Positions 48,866 through 62,000 are shown, counted from the stretch's first letter. The stretch is DNA of 64,000 nucleotides from Basidiobolus meristosporus CBS 931.73 (GCA_002104905.1 MCFE01000048.1:1-64000); one strand, 5' to 3'. Numbers and translations: made by a program. The notes: generated by a model from the letters alone, not told the origin.

Positions 48866-49709
48866 ATGGTGAGTTCCGCACGCATATCTCATCCCATCAT
48901 CCCCGGTCTTACCCTCTGCACTTTCCTCATAGGAAGTTAGAAGCAAGCTGCCACGTTACTGCTGCACCCTTTTCGATGCCAAAGAAAGCCTTGGGCTGAG
49001 GTATTCCCCCCAGTGAATGTCTGCACTTCCAGTCCCGCCCGCTCACTTTCTGTTCCATAGCTTCGAGGAGATTGGTAAGAAGATGGACCGCAATGAGGTC
49101 TGGGTGGCCGCGGTCTTCTACGGACAGGTAAATGGGCGGTTGAGCCTTCGTCTGCGAGACCCTTCCGGGTAACCTTGTTGCCGTTTGTAGGCGAAGCCCA
49201 CCGAGGAAGACATGAAGAAACTGGCGTCGGTGCTGCGACTCGCTGAGGCTCGACTCGTCGAGGAATCGATGCTGAGTTGGTTCCCAGACCGCGGAGGGTA
49301 TGTTCCTGTTTCACTTCGCCCCCACGCGTTATCTAGCTTCAGAAGCTAACCTACCCGCAGCCTGATGTCAGTTCCTCCCACAGATCCCACACTGTACAGA
49401 CTCTACGAGATTCTTCAAGTGTACGGCTATCCCTTGAAATCGGTCATCCACGAGAAGGTAAGTTGAGGCGCGGGTCGCCAGCGAATCCGAGACTAACGGT
49501 TACTCCTAGTTCGGGGATGGTATCATGAGTGCCATCGACTTCGAAACCAAGGTGGAAAAGGTATACCCGAATGTGATTTCCCACTTCTGATCTGGCTCCC
49601 AACAATAACATCACCCATGTTCTCTATCTGACAGGTCGAAAATCCGGGCGGCGGAGAACGAGTCAGGATCACCCTGGATGGTAAATTCTTGCCATATAAA
49701 ACCTTTTAA
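48866..49709 (+). CDS. CYN1: Cyanate hydratase (cyanase), 7 exons
   Basis: Spliced protein contains [38 protein letters not shown] and [13 protein letters not shown]. The first exon is the ATG alone, followed by GTGAGT. Confidence 0.93.
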
Positions 49710-50954
49710 ATAAATCCAACCTCCTTTATCGTACCCCAACTCTGCGAATCCGTGGTTGGCGCCCCCCCCTTTTCGCCTGTTGTCCGGTCGATGGAATTTC
49801 CGCCCACTGTGTGTTGGTCTTGACGTCGAGCGTGCACACTGGCTGGTGCTCTGGGGGATGGCAACTGGTCTGGGTGCCGTTCGCTTGCTCACGGGTCTCA
49901 AATCCAACGCGAACTTCGACATTCATAAATCCCCTTCAGAATCCCGGGGTCCCTGCCCCAGGATACCTTGGTTCTCACTCCCTGACTATTCCCAGAGAAG
50001 CCCTCCCAATCCCCGGGAGGAAGGGAGCGGAGTGCGTATCCTCTCTTTAGCGGGCTCGGGTATTTCTTCCAATTAGGAAAGACAGTCCTTAAGGTGTTTG
50101 GCAAATCCACCTGAGCGGTGGAGATACTGGATGTTCAGGAGTCTGTTGGCAACCCATGTATTCTGTATAGAAAAGCGTTGGATATTGTGTTGGTGTGGGT
50201 TGGAGACTTCCCAAGTATGGCTCAAATTAGTACCCCACCCAAGCGGGTGGCTCGTTAGGTATGGTAGCCTGGAACGAGTGTACCAGAACAGGCGAATATC
50301 CCATCATTCTTTATGAAGGAACTGGTAGGCCATATACGTGGTCCCAACCATCCCTTAAGCGTCATGTATTTCTTGCTCATCTGCCTTATCTGATTGTCTT
50401 GCACACCGGGGATTAATGGGGGAATTTCCACGGTCCCCAGCTTGGTATTTTCCCCAAGGTAGGGTTCAAATAGGTTGTACAGCACCAAATCAGGCATCTC
50501 CCCCCTTGGATCCGCTTTCCTAAATCCCTGGTATGGAATTGGATTGGGCAGACAATCAGGTGCTAAACTAACCACTGTCTAGCATCCCCATTGAACCAGG
50601 GGACAGGACTGGAATGCATCAAGCTGTTGAAGGGAGCTATTGACTGTATGCTCCCAATTGCCGGTGAAAGTGGTTGGAGAGAGTTTGGAAGTGGTTTGAG
50701 GCAATCAGAAGTATGGGCTTGCAGATTTTCAGAACAGTGATACCATTGGGTAAAACTGGGTGCATATGCATTCTTTGAGAAACATCCTGGGATATTCTGT
50801 GCACAAAGTGTGAGGACTTCTGTACATGCTTGAGTAAAGGTTGTAGTAATACACTCTAAGCAGATGACAACTTTTCAATCAGCTCTGGACCACAGCATCA
50901 TAATCTTATCAAGACAATGTCCACATGCTAGCCCTTGGAATTTATCTGGATTAC

Positions 50955-51284
50955 TGTGGTAAATTTGTAATTCCACCTAAATATTCACCTAACTTGGTCA
51001 CTTACATCATTACCTTAAAATCCTAGAGAATACTGACCAAATTCCTTGTTGGGATTTACTTAGAATATTTGCCCAGAACATGGAAATTAGTTAAGTTGTC
51101 CAAACAGCCCCAAACTTTGCACACATGTTCTTGGGACCTTTTTTAACCTATTCTACATGTTTGTTATGCCAAGACCATGTAAAAGTATAAATACTACTTT
51201 GACATTCTATAAATCATTAAGTAAAAACCACATAATCTACTTGTCCTCCCAATCACTTCCAATATCTCCAAGACTCTTACAACA
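50955..51284 (+). repeat. Copia 5' LTR
   Basis: TGT...TTACAACA, homologous to 56299-56648 with a ~17-bp internal deletion. Confidence 0.88.
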
Positions 51285-51296
51285 GGTTATGAGCCC
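51285..51296 (+). other. Primer-binding site GGTTATGAGCCC (internal tRNA-iMet half-molecule type)
   Basis: Directly follows the LTR end and matches the Ty5/Drosophila copia-type PBS. Confidence 0.85.
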
Positions 51297-52200
51297 TGAG
51301 CTGTCACTCTCTGCAATGTCTACCACTGCTATTACTGGAATTTTTCCCTCTGCTGAAAAGTTGGATGGATCTAACTACAAAGTGTGGAAGGAGAAGATGA
51401 AGATGCTGCTACAAGAAAGAGGCCATTGGGATATTGTTATGGGAGAGGCAGCCTTGAAGTAGCAGAAGAAAGAACAAAGTGCCATTAACTGCATTTGCCT
51501 TAATGTTAAGGACAAATTGCTAATTCAATGCTCAAGAGCAAAAACAGCAAAGAATGCCTGGAAGGCATTAGAAGACACCTACCAGTCATGTTCAGCTGCT
51601 AAGAAAATGTATTTGAGACAAAAATTCTTTACTACAAAGTTGCAGCCAGGAGAAGAAATGAAAAATCTAATTAACAAAATTACCCTGCTAGTAGATGAAA
51701 TGGAATCTGTGGGTGTACCAACTACTGATGAGTATGTGATTGTTACCATCCTGAATAGCCTGACAGATGAGTTTTAGGGCCTTGTATCAGCCCTAGAGTC
51801 CAGAACTGAAGATTTGACCTTAAATTATATATTTGGAAGGCTCCTGGATGAAGAATTAAGAAAATCAAGTGCCAATAAGAAGGAAGAAGAAAATGCTTAA
51901 ATAAGCAATGATAACCAACAAAGGAGGTACCCAAGACCCTACAAAGGCAACAGCAACCTGTTTTGCAACTACTGCAAAAGGAAAGGACACACATCAGACT
52001 GGTGCCTCAAAAAGAGGGATAATCAGCAAAAGAAGCCCAAATATGGAAATGCTGCAACAACTGAAGAGAGACCATTCATATCTGCACTAAATATGACCAC
52101 AAACAAGGATTCTCAAATGTGGTATATTGACTCTGGAGCATCTCAACACTTAACACACCAAAAAGAGCTTTTTGCCCAATATCAAGAGATTCCAAGTATG

Positions 52201-52536
52201 TGTTGTAAGAATCCTGGAGATATTGGAAGTGAGTGGGATAACAAGTAGATTATGTGGTTTTCACTTAGTGATTTATTGAATGTAAAGTAGTATTTATACT
52301 TTTACATGATCTTGGCATAACAAACACAAAGAAAAGGCTAAAGAAGATCCCAAGAATATGTGTGCAAAGTTTGGGGCTGTTTGGACAACTTTAAGAATTT
52401 TCATGTTCTGGGTACCTGGTATTTTGGTGAAAATATTCCTAGTAAATCCCAACAAGAAATTTGGTCAGTATTCTCTAGGATTTGAAGGTAATGATCTAAG
52501 TGACTAAGTTAGGTGGAATTACTAATTTTTACAACA
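52201..52536 (-). mobile_element. Antisense solo LTR of the same Copia family nested in the protease region
   Basis: TGTTGTAAGA...TTTACAACA, reverse complement of the flanking LTRs. It interrupts pol between WYIDSGAS and KVFMGD. Confidence 0.9.
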
Positions 52537-54175
52537 TTAAGAAGGTTTTCATGGGTGACAATAGAACACTTGATGCAGTGGGAGAAGGAACTATCCAACT
52601 AAACCTAAGAAGCAGAGAAGGAGGCCATCCACAGACCTTTAAAGAAGTACTCTATGTACCAGAGATAGCCAAGAACCTACTCTCTGTAAGCAAGGCCACA
52701 GCAGAAGGACTCAGTTTCATGTCATCAGATCATTGATAAAAATGGTGCCCATATTGCTTTGAGTATCAGAGATCAGAATCTATACAGGTTGACTTATATT
52801 CCATCATATCTGGAAGCCAATATAAGTAACTTAAATGAAGAAACACCCATGACTTGGCACAGGAGATTTGGGCACATCAATTTTGATTATTTGCGCAAAA
52901 TGATTGAAGATCAGCTAATTTCTGGAGTAAAAACTGATCTCCCAGCTAATTTGGAGCACTGTGAAGCCTGCATATATTAGAAACAAGCCAGACAACCATT
53001 CAAGAGCTCTGGGTTAATCAAAACTAAGAAAAAATTAGATCCAATTCACCCAGATCTCTGTGGACCTATGCAAAAATTTATCCTCAGGTGGGATGAAGTA
53101 TTTAATCACTTTTATTGATGATTATACAAGACACATGTGAGTTTACTTCATGGAGAGAAAGAAAGAAGCTCTGTCTAATCTCAGGGAGCTCAAAGCCATG
53201 GCAAAGAGAAAAACTGGTGAAAAAATCAAGAAAATACACGCTGACAATGGTTGAGTATATACCTCTATACTGTTCATCCACTTCTGCAAAATTCATGGGA
53301 TAAAGCAAGAGGCTACTGTACCATGCTCCCCACAGCAAAATGGAGTAGCAGAATGTGCTAACGGATCAATAATTGATATGGCAAGATCTATGATCAATAA
53401 TCAAAAATTATCCTATGATTTTTGGGTGGAATCAGTTGCCACTGATGTATACCTTAAAAATAGGAGTTATAACAGAATACTTCAAGATTCTACTCCATTT
53501 TGAGCATGGTATGGATACAAACCAAGTGCAGAACATCTAAGAATATTTGGGTGTACAGCATATGCCAAGAAACTGCCCAGATATCAGTCAAGATTTGAGC
53601 CAAAAAGTGTAAAATGCATATTTTTGGGCTACTACAATCAGAGTAAAGCATACAGACTCTACAATGCCAAAGCAAAGAAGCTAATCAAGTCCAGGGATGT
53701 ATTGTTTGATGAAAATTCAAATTTTTCACAAAAAATGACATCAGATGATGACAAAAATCCAATCTCAAGTCCACCAATTGTCAGGATTGCATCAGAGCAA
53801 AGCAATGAGTATTTTTTCACTCCAATGGACTCTACAACCATGCTTAAGCCTGTAGCAGTGCCCAGGAATATCCCAGAAGTGATCTTTCCAGCATCAAATG
53901 CCCGGAGATTCACTGGACAAGATTTAGCCCAATTTACTATATAAATGAGGGTACAAACTTAGCCTATGCCTATTCAGTCCATACTGATGAACCCCAGACT
54001 ATAAAAGAGGCCCTAAATAGCCCTCAGACAAAGTTTTGGAGATCTGCTATGACTGAAGAATATCAGGCCCTGATGGAAAATCAAACTTGGGACTTGGTCA
54101 AGTTACCAATCAACCAAAGATTAATTGGATGCAGATGGGTCTTCAAGACAAAATACAAGGTTGATGATACACCGG

Positions 54176-54979
54176 TGTGGTAGGGTAAACATACCTCCCA
54201 CAGACAAGTTTATTCATATAGTCATTATGATATACTTATCCATATTTTATCTTATCAGTATTATCCCATTCTTCTTTTGCCCATATTAGCAGTATTATCC
54301 CCATATGATGTTTACCCTGATTAGTTATTAGCATTAGTTATCCCAGATGTTATTCAGCTTTGTGATCAGTAGATGTATCTATATAAGGCAAGTACCCGCG
54401 TCAGTACCCGTGACACATGACCTAGGTCAGTGTTACCATCTCTACCATTTCAATACCATATATGGTATTTCTATGTTGCACAGGTTTCAGACTACTGATT
54501 CCTGATTGGTTGAGAGTGCTGTGCCTTTTAGAACCTTCCAGGACATTCTTGGCATATTTTTAGCTCATAGTGATGTCAACAAGAATTCCACTGATACCTA
54601 GAATCTTCTAGAACCTTGTCATTAGTAATCACTTGGCAATCAGGAAAAGTATTTAAGGGAAAGCAATCCCTCATCAATAAATCATCCCTTCTATCAGTAA
54701 CACTTCTACCTTATTGATTAGCAGTTGATCACTGCACCTGCCTTCAACAGTACATCTCAGACCTGCCATCAAGGAGCTTTTCAGGGTAGTGCACAAGACA
54801 CACAGAGGCCTTTGGAGACACTTGGAGCACCTAGGAAGCTAGAGAAGCAGGAGCTTTTACCATAGTGACATATTGACAAAGACACCAGCAGTTTAGACAC
54901 AGAGGTTATTGCACCCATCAGACACCTCACACACCTTGAGTTGTGTAGCTTCTCCCAGGAGTACCTCTACACCACCACA
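54176..54979. mobile_element. 804-bp solo LTR of a different family inserted in the Copia RT
   Basis: TGTGGT...ACCACA termini, 4-bp TSD CCGG (54172-54175 and 54980-54983), with internal TATA-like and AATAAA motifs. Confidence 0.85.
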
Positions 54980-56298
54980 CCGGTAGCCAAGTTTAATTCC
55001 ATTAGATTAATATTGGTTATTGCAGCCAAATACAGGTTTTTATTCATCAAATGGATGTAAAAACTGCATTTTTGAATGAAAAACTTGATGAGGACAAGTG
55101 TATGGACCAGCCTGATGGGTTTGCTGACCAAGATGAACCCCATTTGGTCTACAAGCTTTAAAAGTCACTCTATGGTCTCAAACAATCACCAAGAGTCTGG
55201 AATTGCATGATAGATCCTTATTTGGAATCTTTGAGTTTCAAGAGGAGTAATGCTGACTACAGTATGTACTATAAGCCAGATAGTGCAAATCCAGCTCTAT
55301 TAGCTCTATATGTGGATGATCTTATCATAGCCACCAATAACCTAGAAACATTGGAAGAGACTAAAATACAGCTTCTCTAAGAAGTTCAAGAGGCCCAATT
55401 TAGGAGAACTCAGTTACTACTTAGGGATCAAGATCCCCATAGACAGAAGTACACAGAATATTACCCTACGCCAATCCAAGTATATTCAGGATATGCTGAA
55501 GAAGTACAAAATAGAAAACTGTAAACTGGCAGCTGCCCCAATGGAGACAAACCTTGACTTGATTGAAACTCAACCAAATCAAGAGAGCTTGATGCCATCT
55601 GAAAGCCCTGACTTTCCTTATCAATCAATGGTTGGCAGTCTGATGTATACTAATCTTGGAACACATCCAGATATCTCATGTTTAGTGGGAGTTGTCAGCT
55701 AGCATAATCAACACTACAGATCTGATCATATGGCTGCAGTTAATCAGATTTTTAGATACCTAAAGGAACTGCTGATATCTGCTTAAGATACACTTATAAG
55801 GACTCAGAACATGATCTTGTGGGATACTCTGATGCTGATTGAGGATAAAACTTAGACAACACAAGATCCACCACAGGAAACACCTATTTTACTGTAAAGG
55901 AGCAATTTCATGGAATTCAAGAAAGCAACCAACTGTAGCACTTTCCACCACAGAGGCAGGGCATATGGCAGCCTGTGAAGCTACAAAAGAAGCAATGTGG
56001 TTAAGAAAGCTTCTTACAGATTTAGGCCTATGTCAAAAAACACCTATTACTTTATTTCAAGATAATCAAGGATGTATACAATTAGGTAGAAATCCAGCTT
56101 TTCATGCTAGAATAAGCACATAGATATTAGACATCATTACATATGTGAAGCTATAGAGAATAGCTTAGTTAGCTTGGTTTAATGTCCTTCCGATGAAATG
56201 ATTGCAGACATATGTACCAAACCATTAGCTAGAAACAAGTCTGAATATCATAGGTCAAAATTAGAACTAGTCAGCATGAGCATTTAGCTGAGTGGGAG

Positions 56299-56648
56299 TG
56301 TTGTAGAAGTTTGCAATTCCACCTAAATATTAACCTAACTTAGTCACTTGGATCACTACCTTCAAGGCCTAGAGAATACTGACCAAATTCCTTGTTGGGA
56401 TTTACTAAGAATATTTTCACCAAAATACCAGTTACCCAGAACATGAAGATTCACAAAGTTGTCCAAATAGCCCCAAACTTTGCACACATGCTGTTGGGAC
56501 CATCCTTAGCCTATTCTATGTGTTTGTTATGCCAATATCATGTAAAAGTATAAATACTACTTTTACATTCAATAAGTCATTAAGTGAAAACCACTTAATC
56601 TACTTGTCCTCCCAAATCACTCCCAATATATCCAATACTCTTACAACA
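56299..56648 (+). repeat. Copia 3' LTR preceded by a polypurine tract (GAGTGGGAG, 56290-56298)
   Basis: TGTTGTAG...TTACAACA, homologous to the 5' LTR. Confidence 0.9.
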
Positions 56649-56869
56649 TCATAGTCCTATCAAGAAAATGTCCACATGCTAGCACCTTTGAATTTATTAG
56701 GATTACTACATTTGATCTGTTGTAAGCTTGGTGATTATGCCTGAATGCTTGATTGGTTTAGTTGCTTTGCCTCTAGTTCATGAAGCTTGATGATTTTTGC
56801 CTGGATATTTGTTGATTTGCTGTGGATATTTTCATCAGAATAAAATGCACCTAAAATGGGAGAATTCCC

Positions 56870-57218
56870 TGTTGTAAGAGTTTTGGAGATGTTGGTGGTG
56901 ATTGGGGGAACAAGTAGAATATGTGACTTCCACTTTATGGCTTATTGAGTGAAATAGTAGCTTTCATACTTACAAATGATCTTGGCAAAGCAGATGTAAA
57001 GAATATGCTTAGCAAGGTCCCAAGAACATGTGAGCAAAGTTTGGGGTGGCTTGAACAACTCATCAAATTGTCATGGCGTGGGTACCTGATATTTTGGTGA
57101 GAATATTCAAGGTAAATTCCAACAAGGAGTTTACTCAACACTCCTTGAGATTTATAGGTGATGCACAGGGTGGCTAAGTTAGGTGAATTTTTTGGAGCAA
57201 TCACCAGCTTCTACAATG
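56870..57218 (-). mobile_element. Older solo LTR of the same Copia family
   Basis: TGTTGTAAGAG start, with reverse-complement similarity to the LTR along its full length. Confidence 0.8.
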
Positions 57219-57431
57219 CTTTACACATCTAGCCAGATGAAGTAGAGAATGGATAAACTAGTGGAAGAGATTGATGCATTCAACCTTATGCTTGTTGTAT
57301 AGCCACTTGAATCAAGTTGCAAACTCCTTGCATAGAAGTTATAGATATGTTAAATTGGCATTGTTGATCTGCTTCTTGATAAATGTTCCTACTATGTCAA
57401 CATATAACTCTCAATGCTTCTAATGCACTCT

Positions 57432-57548
57432 GAGTCTTGGAGATAATGGAAGTGATTGGGAGAACAAGTAGAATATGAGGCCTTTGTCCAATGATTTATT
57501 GAATCTAAAAGTAGTATTAATACTTTTACAAGGTTTTGTGCATCAACA
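57432..57548 (-). repeat. Partial LTR fragment of the same Copia family
   Basis: gagtcttggagata..ggaagtgattggga..acaagtaga...gtagtatt.atacttttaca matches the LTR 3' third. Confidence 0.7.
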
Positions 57549-58231
57549 TTTAAAACTTGGCCAATTTCACTCTGTTAGAAAATCTAGTATCCTAACTGAT
57601 TTTCCCTAACCCAAACATAACTAATCCCTGTTATGGTCTATTTTATCACTTCTCAGAATCTATTTTTAGCTGTTACACCTGATTAATTTTCATGTGGTCA
57701 TTACCTACTCAACTGATCTGCTAAGCCTTTCCAAGCAATTAGTCATCAGAGAATTATCCAACCACTTAGCAGATGCCAAGACATCAGCTGATTAATGATG
57801 CAATTTTTCATTTATCTTATGCACCTATCAACACCTCAACAGATTTCAATTAGTCAAGTCTCTTTGTGCTTACTAATGCAACTCAATCAGAGAAGTATAA
57901 ATAAAGTTTACTTAGCCTTTGGGCTTAGTATGTGTCTCAACAAAATTAAAATTGTGCCTCAGCTAAACTAAGAATTCAGCAATTCCATTCTAGTTTTGAC
58001 CCAAGCCTAGCACACCTAGTTTTCCCAAGAGCACCAAGCCTAGCCTGTATAGCAAACTAACTCTGTTGCCTTTATAGCCCAACTCAACTATATGCAAAGC
58101 CAATATTAGACCAGAACTTCTCTGCTAATATTTCTGTCACCCTTGACAATTCTAAGATTCTGCACTTAGCTATCACTTAGGTTCAGTTAACTCATTCAGG
58201 AGCTTCATTACACTTTTCTCTTGGATACAAC

Positions 58232-58964
58232 AGACTTGTTCTGTTGGATAGTGCCACATTGAGCCATGAGTGCCAAATGATGCCATAGTGTGCCAGGGAG
58301 GCCAAGTGAGCCTACACTTGGCCACAGAGTGTGCAGCACAGCTCTGTATCTTCATGCAAAGCAGCCCCTGTGTTTCACTCATTGTGATGGAGAAAACCCA
58401 TTTTTCAACCTTTTTTTTTAGGTAAATGTTGTACAGGATGTGCAAGTGCACAAAAGGATTGAAGATATGCATCTGATACTCAATACCCATGGCACTCTGA
58501 ATCTAGCTCCTGTGGCTTGTAACATGTCACAAAAATGCATGGCACTATCTTGGTCCACTGGTACTATCAGGCACTATAAGTGCTTTGTATTGATCTTACT
58601 TTAGGGCTGATACTTAGATATAGTGCTGGATAGTACCGGTGGATCAAGATAGTGCAATGCATTTTTGTGACATGTTACAAGCCACAGGAGCTAGATTCAG
58701 AGTGCCATGTGTATTGAGTACCAGAAGTACATCTTCAATTCATTAGTGCTCTTAAACATCTTGCACATTTTAACCCACAAAAAAACGTCAAAAAATGGAT
58801 TTTCTCCTGCATCATAGGTGAAACACAGGGGCTGCTTTGCATGAAGATGCAGATCTATGTTTCACACTCTGTGGCCAAGTATAGGCTCACTTGGCCTCCC
58901 TGGCACACTATGGCATCATTTGGCACTCATGGCTCAATGTGGCACTATCCAACAGAACCAGTCT
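58232..58964. mobile_element. ~730-bp foldback (long inverted repeat) element
   Basis: Arms of ~345 bp (58232-~58578 and ~58619-58964), nearly identical in the outer ~100 bp and inner ~90 bp, with a ~40-bp spacer. Possible 3-bp TSD AAC. Confidence 0.88.
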
Positions 58965-59009
58965 AACATTTATTTTGTTGAATTTCATTACATTCAGCCA
59001 AGCTACAAT

Positions 59010-62000
59010 ATGTCCTCAGCAGCAAGCAATCCAAATCTTTCCATGTTGGAAGAAGCCTGCAGAAATCAGGAAGAACTAACTGAACAGCTTGAAAACATCA
59101 TGCATGAAAGAAACACTTTGATGCTTGAGCACTCAAAGCTTGGCAAGACAAGATCTGACAATCATTGTCAAGATGAACTTCTTGAAGTTCTTTCCAGTTA
59201 CCAAGATGAAATTGGAATTATCAAAGAAGCCCTGGAAAATGTTGCCATTGTAATTGACAGTGGTTGCCCCAAGATCCTTGCCTCTTTATACTGAAGGAGC
59301 CAATGCCATAAAGAATTGTACTGAGTTTCTTTACAAGTTTGGCCATGTCTTAGCTGCCACCAGCTAGACCCTGACACCAACTGGGCTAGACTTCTGCCTC
59401 TCTATCTTACCATGCAAGATGCTGACTGGGTTGAGGTGAACATTCCATGCAATAGTACATGGAAAGTTGCGCAGAACCTCTTTTGTGGCCATTTTGAAGA
59501 TCCCCTCAAGAAGGCGCATCTTAACTGCAACTTATTGAAAACTAAAATGCAAAAAGATGAATCTGTGCAACACTTCTGTGATAGATTCCAGAGATAAATG
59601 AGATAAGCTGAAGTTAGTGATGACAATCCATTGCTTACTTCTCATTTTCTTTCAAACTTTTCACACCAGCTACAGAGCAATATTGCTATTGTCAAAGCAT
59701 GCAACTCTGCACATACCTATGAAAAGATCTCAGAGATATGTACCCTTGCAATCACCATGACTACAGCTGTTAGCCAGGCTTCAGGCAACTCCATTCAAGA
59801 TGCAGCAACAACCGGAAAAGAGAACAGTCATATGACTAAGAAAAAGTCAACCGCTAGCAAGCACTGTGAGCTTTATGGAAGATGCTATCATTCTACCAGT
59901 GAGTGCAAAGGCATCACCATGCAGTCAAACAAGTCTGTAAACCTGTCAGGGAAGCAGCAAGACAACAAAACTGATAATCCATTTGCTGATTACTAATGCT
60001 TTAAATGTGGAAAGATTGGACATTGATCACCTACCTGTCCTGAGAAGAACTATACACCATTGGCAAAAGTTACTCAGATTCTAGATGATCATTCAACCAA
60101 TGATATGACTAGGTATGAGGAAGCACATGAAGAGCTTACAGTTCAAGACCCTCATAACCTCTTTGAATTTCCAGCAAAAATTGCAACTGTTCAAGAAAAG
60201 AAGCAACCAATTGTGCAGCTAAAAGCTATAGAGGTGCCACTCAAACTCAATGGCCAATCATACATAGCACTACTGGATACTGCATCATCCAATTCTATTG
60301 TATCACCTAATGTGGTCAAACAACATAAATTGGCAATAGAAAAGCAACCATGAAAAATCACACTTGCGGCTAAAGACCTCTCAGCCCCAAGAATTGGTAT
60401 CACCAACCCAATCAGCATACACTGTGGTTCAATAACTATAATCCATCAGATGGAAGTTATTGACATTCCAGATGGACCTCAGATAGTCATTGTTCTTGAC
60501 ACCTTCACCAAACTGGCTCTCACATAGGCAGACTACCAGTTTCATATCCTGGAATCACTAAGTCTCAGCCATCCAGAATGGATCAGATTCCAGAGATTTT
60601 CTCTCCCCATCCAGAAGTAGAGGAGTCAACCCCAGCTTTTCAAGCATATTCTCAATCAATCATATTGGAAATTCAGCCAGCCATAGAGAGAAACCAAGCC
60701 ATACCCAGTAACAGTTTCTGCAATATTCCAGAATCCATTGTTACACTAGAAACCCCATCTGGTCAGTCAACATGGAGGAGGCAATACCCAATTCCGCATT
60801 CTTGCCAACACTTGATTGATGAAGTAGTCCAAAAGTGGGCTGACAATGGAATTATCACTCAAGCCCCTGTCAACACAACATTCAACAGCCCTTTGACACT
60901 TGCACCTAAGAAAGATGCTAATGGTAATCTAACTCTGAAGAGACCCTGTTTGGACCCTAGACCTCTGAACAAGCTTCTCCAAGATGATAGATTTCCAATT
61001 CCAGGATTCCAGGATATCTTTTCCCACTATCAGGCGCAAAAGTATTCTCCAAATTGGACTTGAAGGATGCATATCACCGGTTCTAGATCCATCCTGATCA
61101 TCAGCATAAGACTGCCTTTACCTAAGTAATATGCAAAGGATGTTTCAGGGAGCTCCCTTTGGCCTAAAGACACTGATCAGCCAGTTCCAGAGAGTCATGA
61201 CTATAATACTAAGAATGCACCATATGCCTTAGTATTTGTTGATGATGTCATCATATTTTCCACAAACTGTGATGACCATGTAGCCCATGTCACTGATGTA
61301 ATCAATATACTGACAGCTGCTGGATTAATTCTTAGTGCTGAAAAGTGCAGCTTTGCCTGCCGCAAAATCAATCTACTGGATTCATTGTCATACCAGATGG
61401 CCACCAGCTTGATCCTTTCAAACTGGTCAATATACCTGAATGGCCAAAACCCATAGCGCTAAGTAACTCCAACATCATCTTAGAGTATTCAACTATTTCA
61501 GGGAACACATTCCTCTCATGTCCTCATTGAGTGCCCCTTTGGATGCATTAAACCATAGTTCTGATCTTCCATCAGCCTGGAACAAGGTTCATGACCAAGC
61601 ATTTGAGTCACTCTGCCAGTTGCTCCCACAGGCACCCATCCTATCCTACCCAGACTTTACTAAGACCTTTGTTGTTGCTACAGATGCATTTAATGTTGGT
61701 TAGGGGCTGTCCTTTACTGAGATGAAGACCAAAATCCGCCTCACTGGATCTTTTTTCAAGCCAGATCTCTACAACCTGCTGAAAGAAACTACTTTGCCAC
61801 CAAGAAGGAGCTACTTGCCATAGTCTTTGCCTTGAAGAAGTTTCATCAGTACTTATGGGGTAGCCCTTTTACCTTGTACACTGACCACTGAGCCCTTGTC
61901 TATATCCACACTCAAAAGACTCCAACTCCAATGCACCCCAACTAGCTTGATACTCTACTTGATTATGAATATACAGTTATTCATTTCCTGGGAATCCTCA

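Larger units (their letters stand above)
50955..56648 (+). mobile_element. Degenerate Ty1/Copia LTR retrotransposon with two nested insertions
   Basis: LTRs at both ends, gag (UBN2-like) with CNYC..GH...C knuckle, protease WYIDSGAS, WHRRFGH, integrase DLCGPM/QNGVAE, RT (QMDVKTAFLN, LYVDD) and RNase H (GYSDAD, ALSTTEA, ADICTKPL) in Copia order. Many stops and frameshifts. Confidence 0.95.

Noticed and set aside
50060-50890. Minus-strand reading frames with a repeated FEPYLG peptide and a gag-like PWFNGD..WL motif
   Set aside because: Too fragmentary to assign as a gene or TE.
57629-58180. Candidate 5' LTR of the Gypsy (TGTTATGG start, TATA-like motif)
   Set aside because: No second LTR, PBS or defined end is visible in the window to confirm it.
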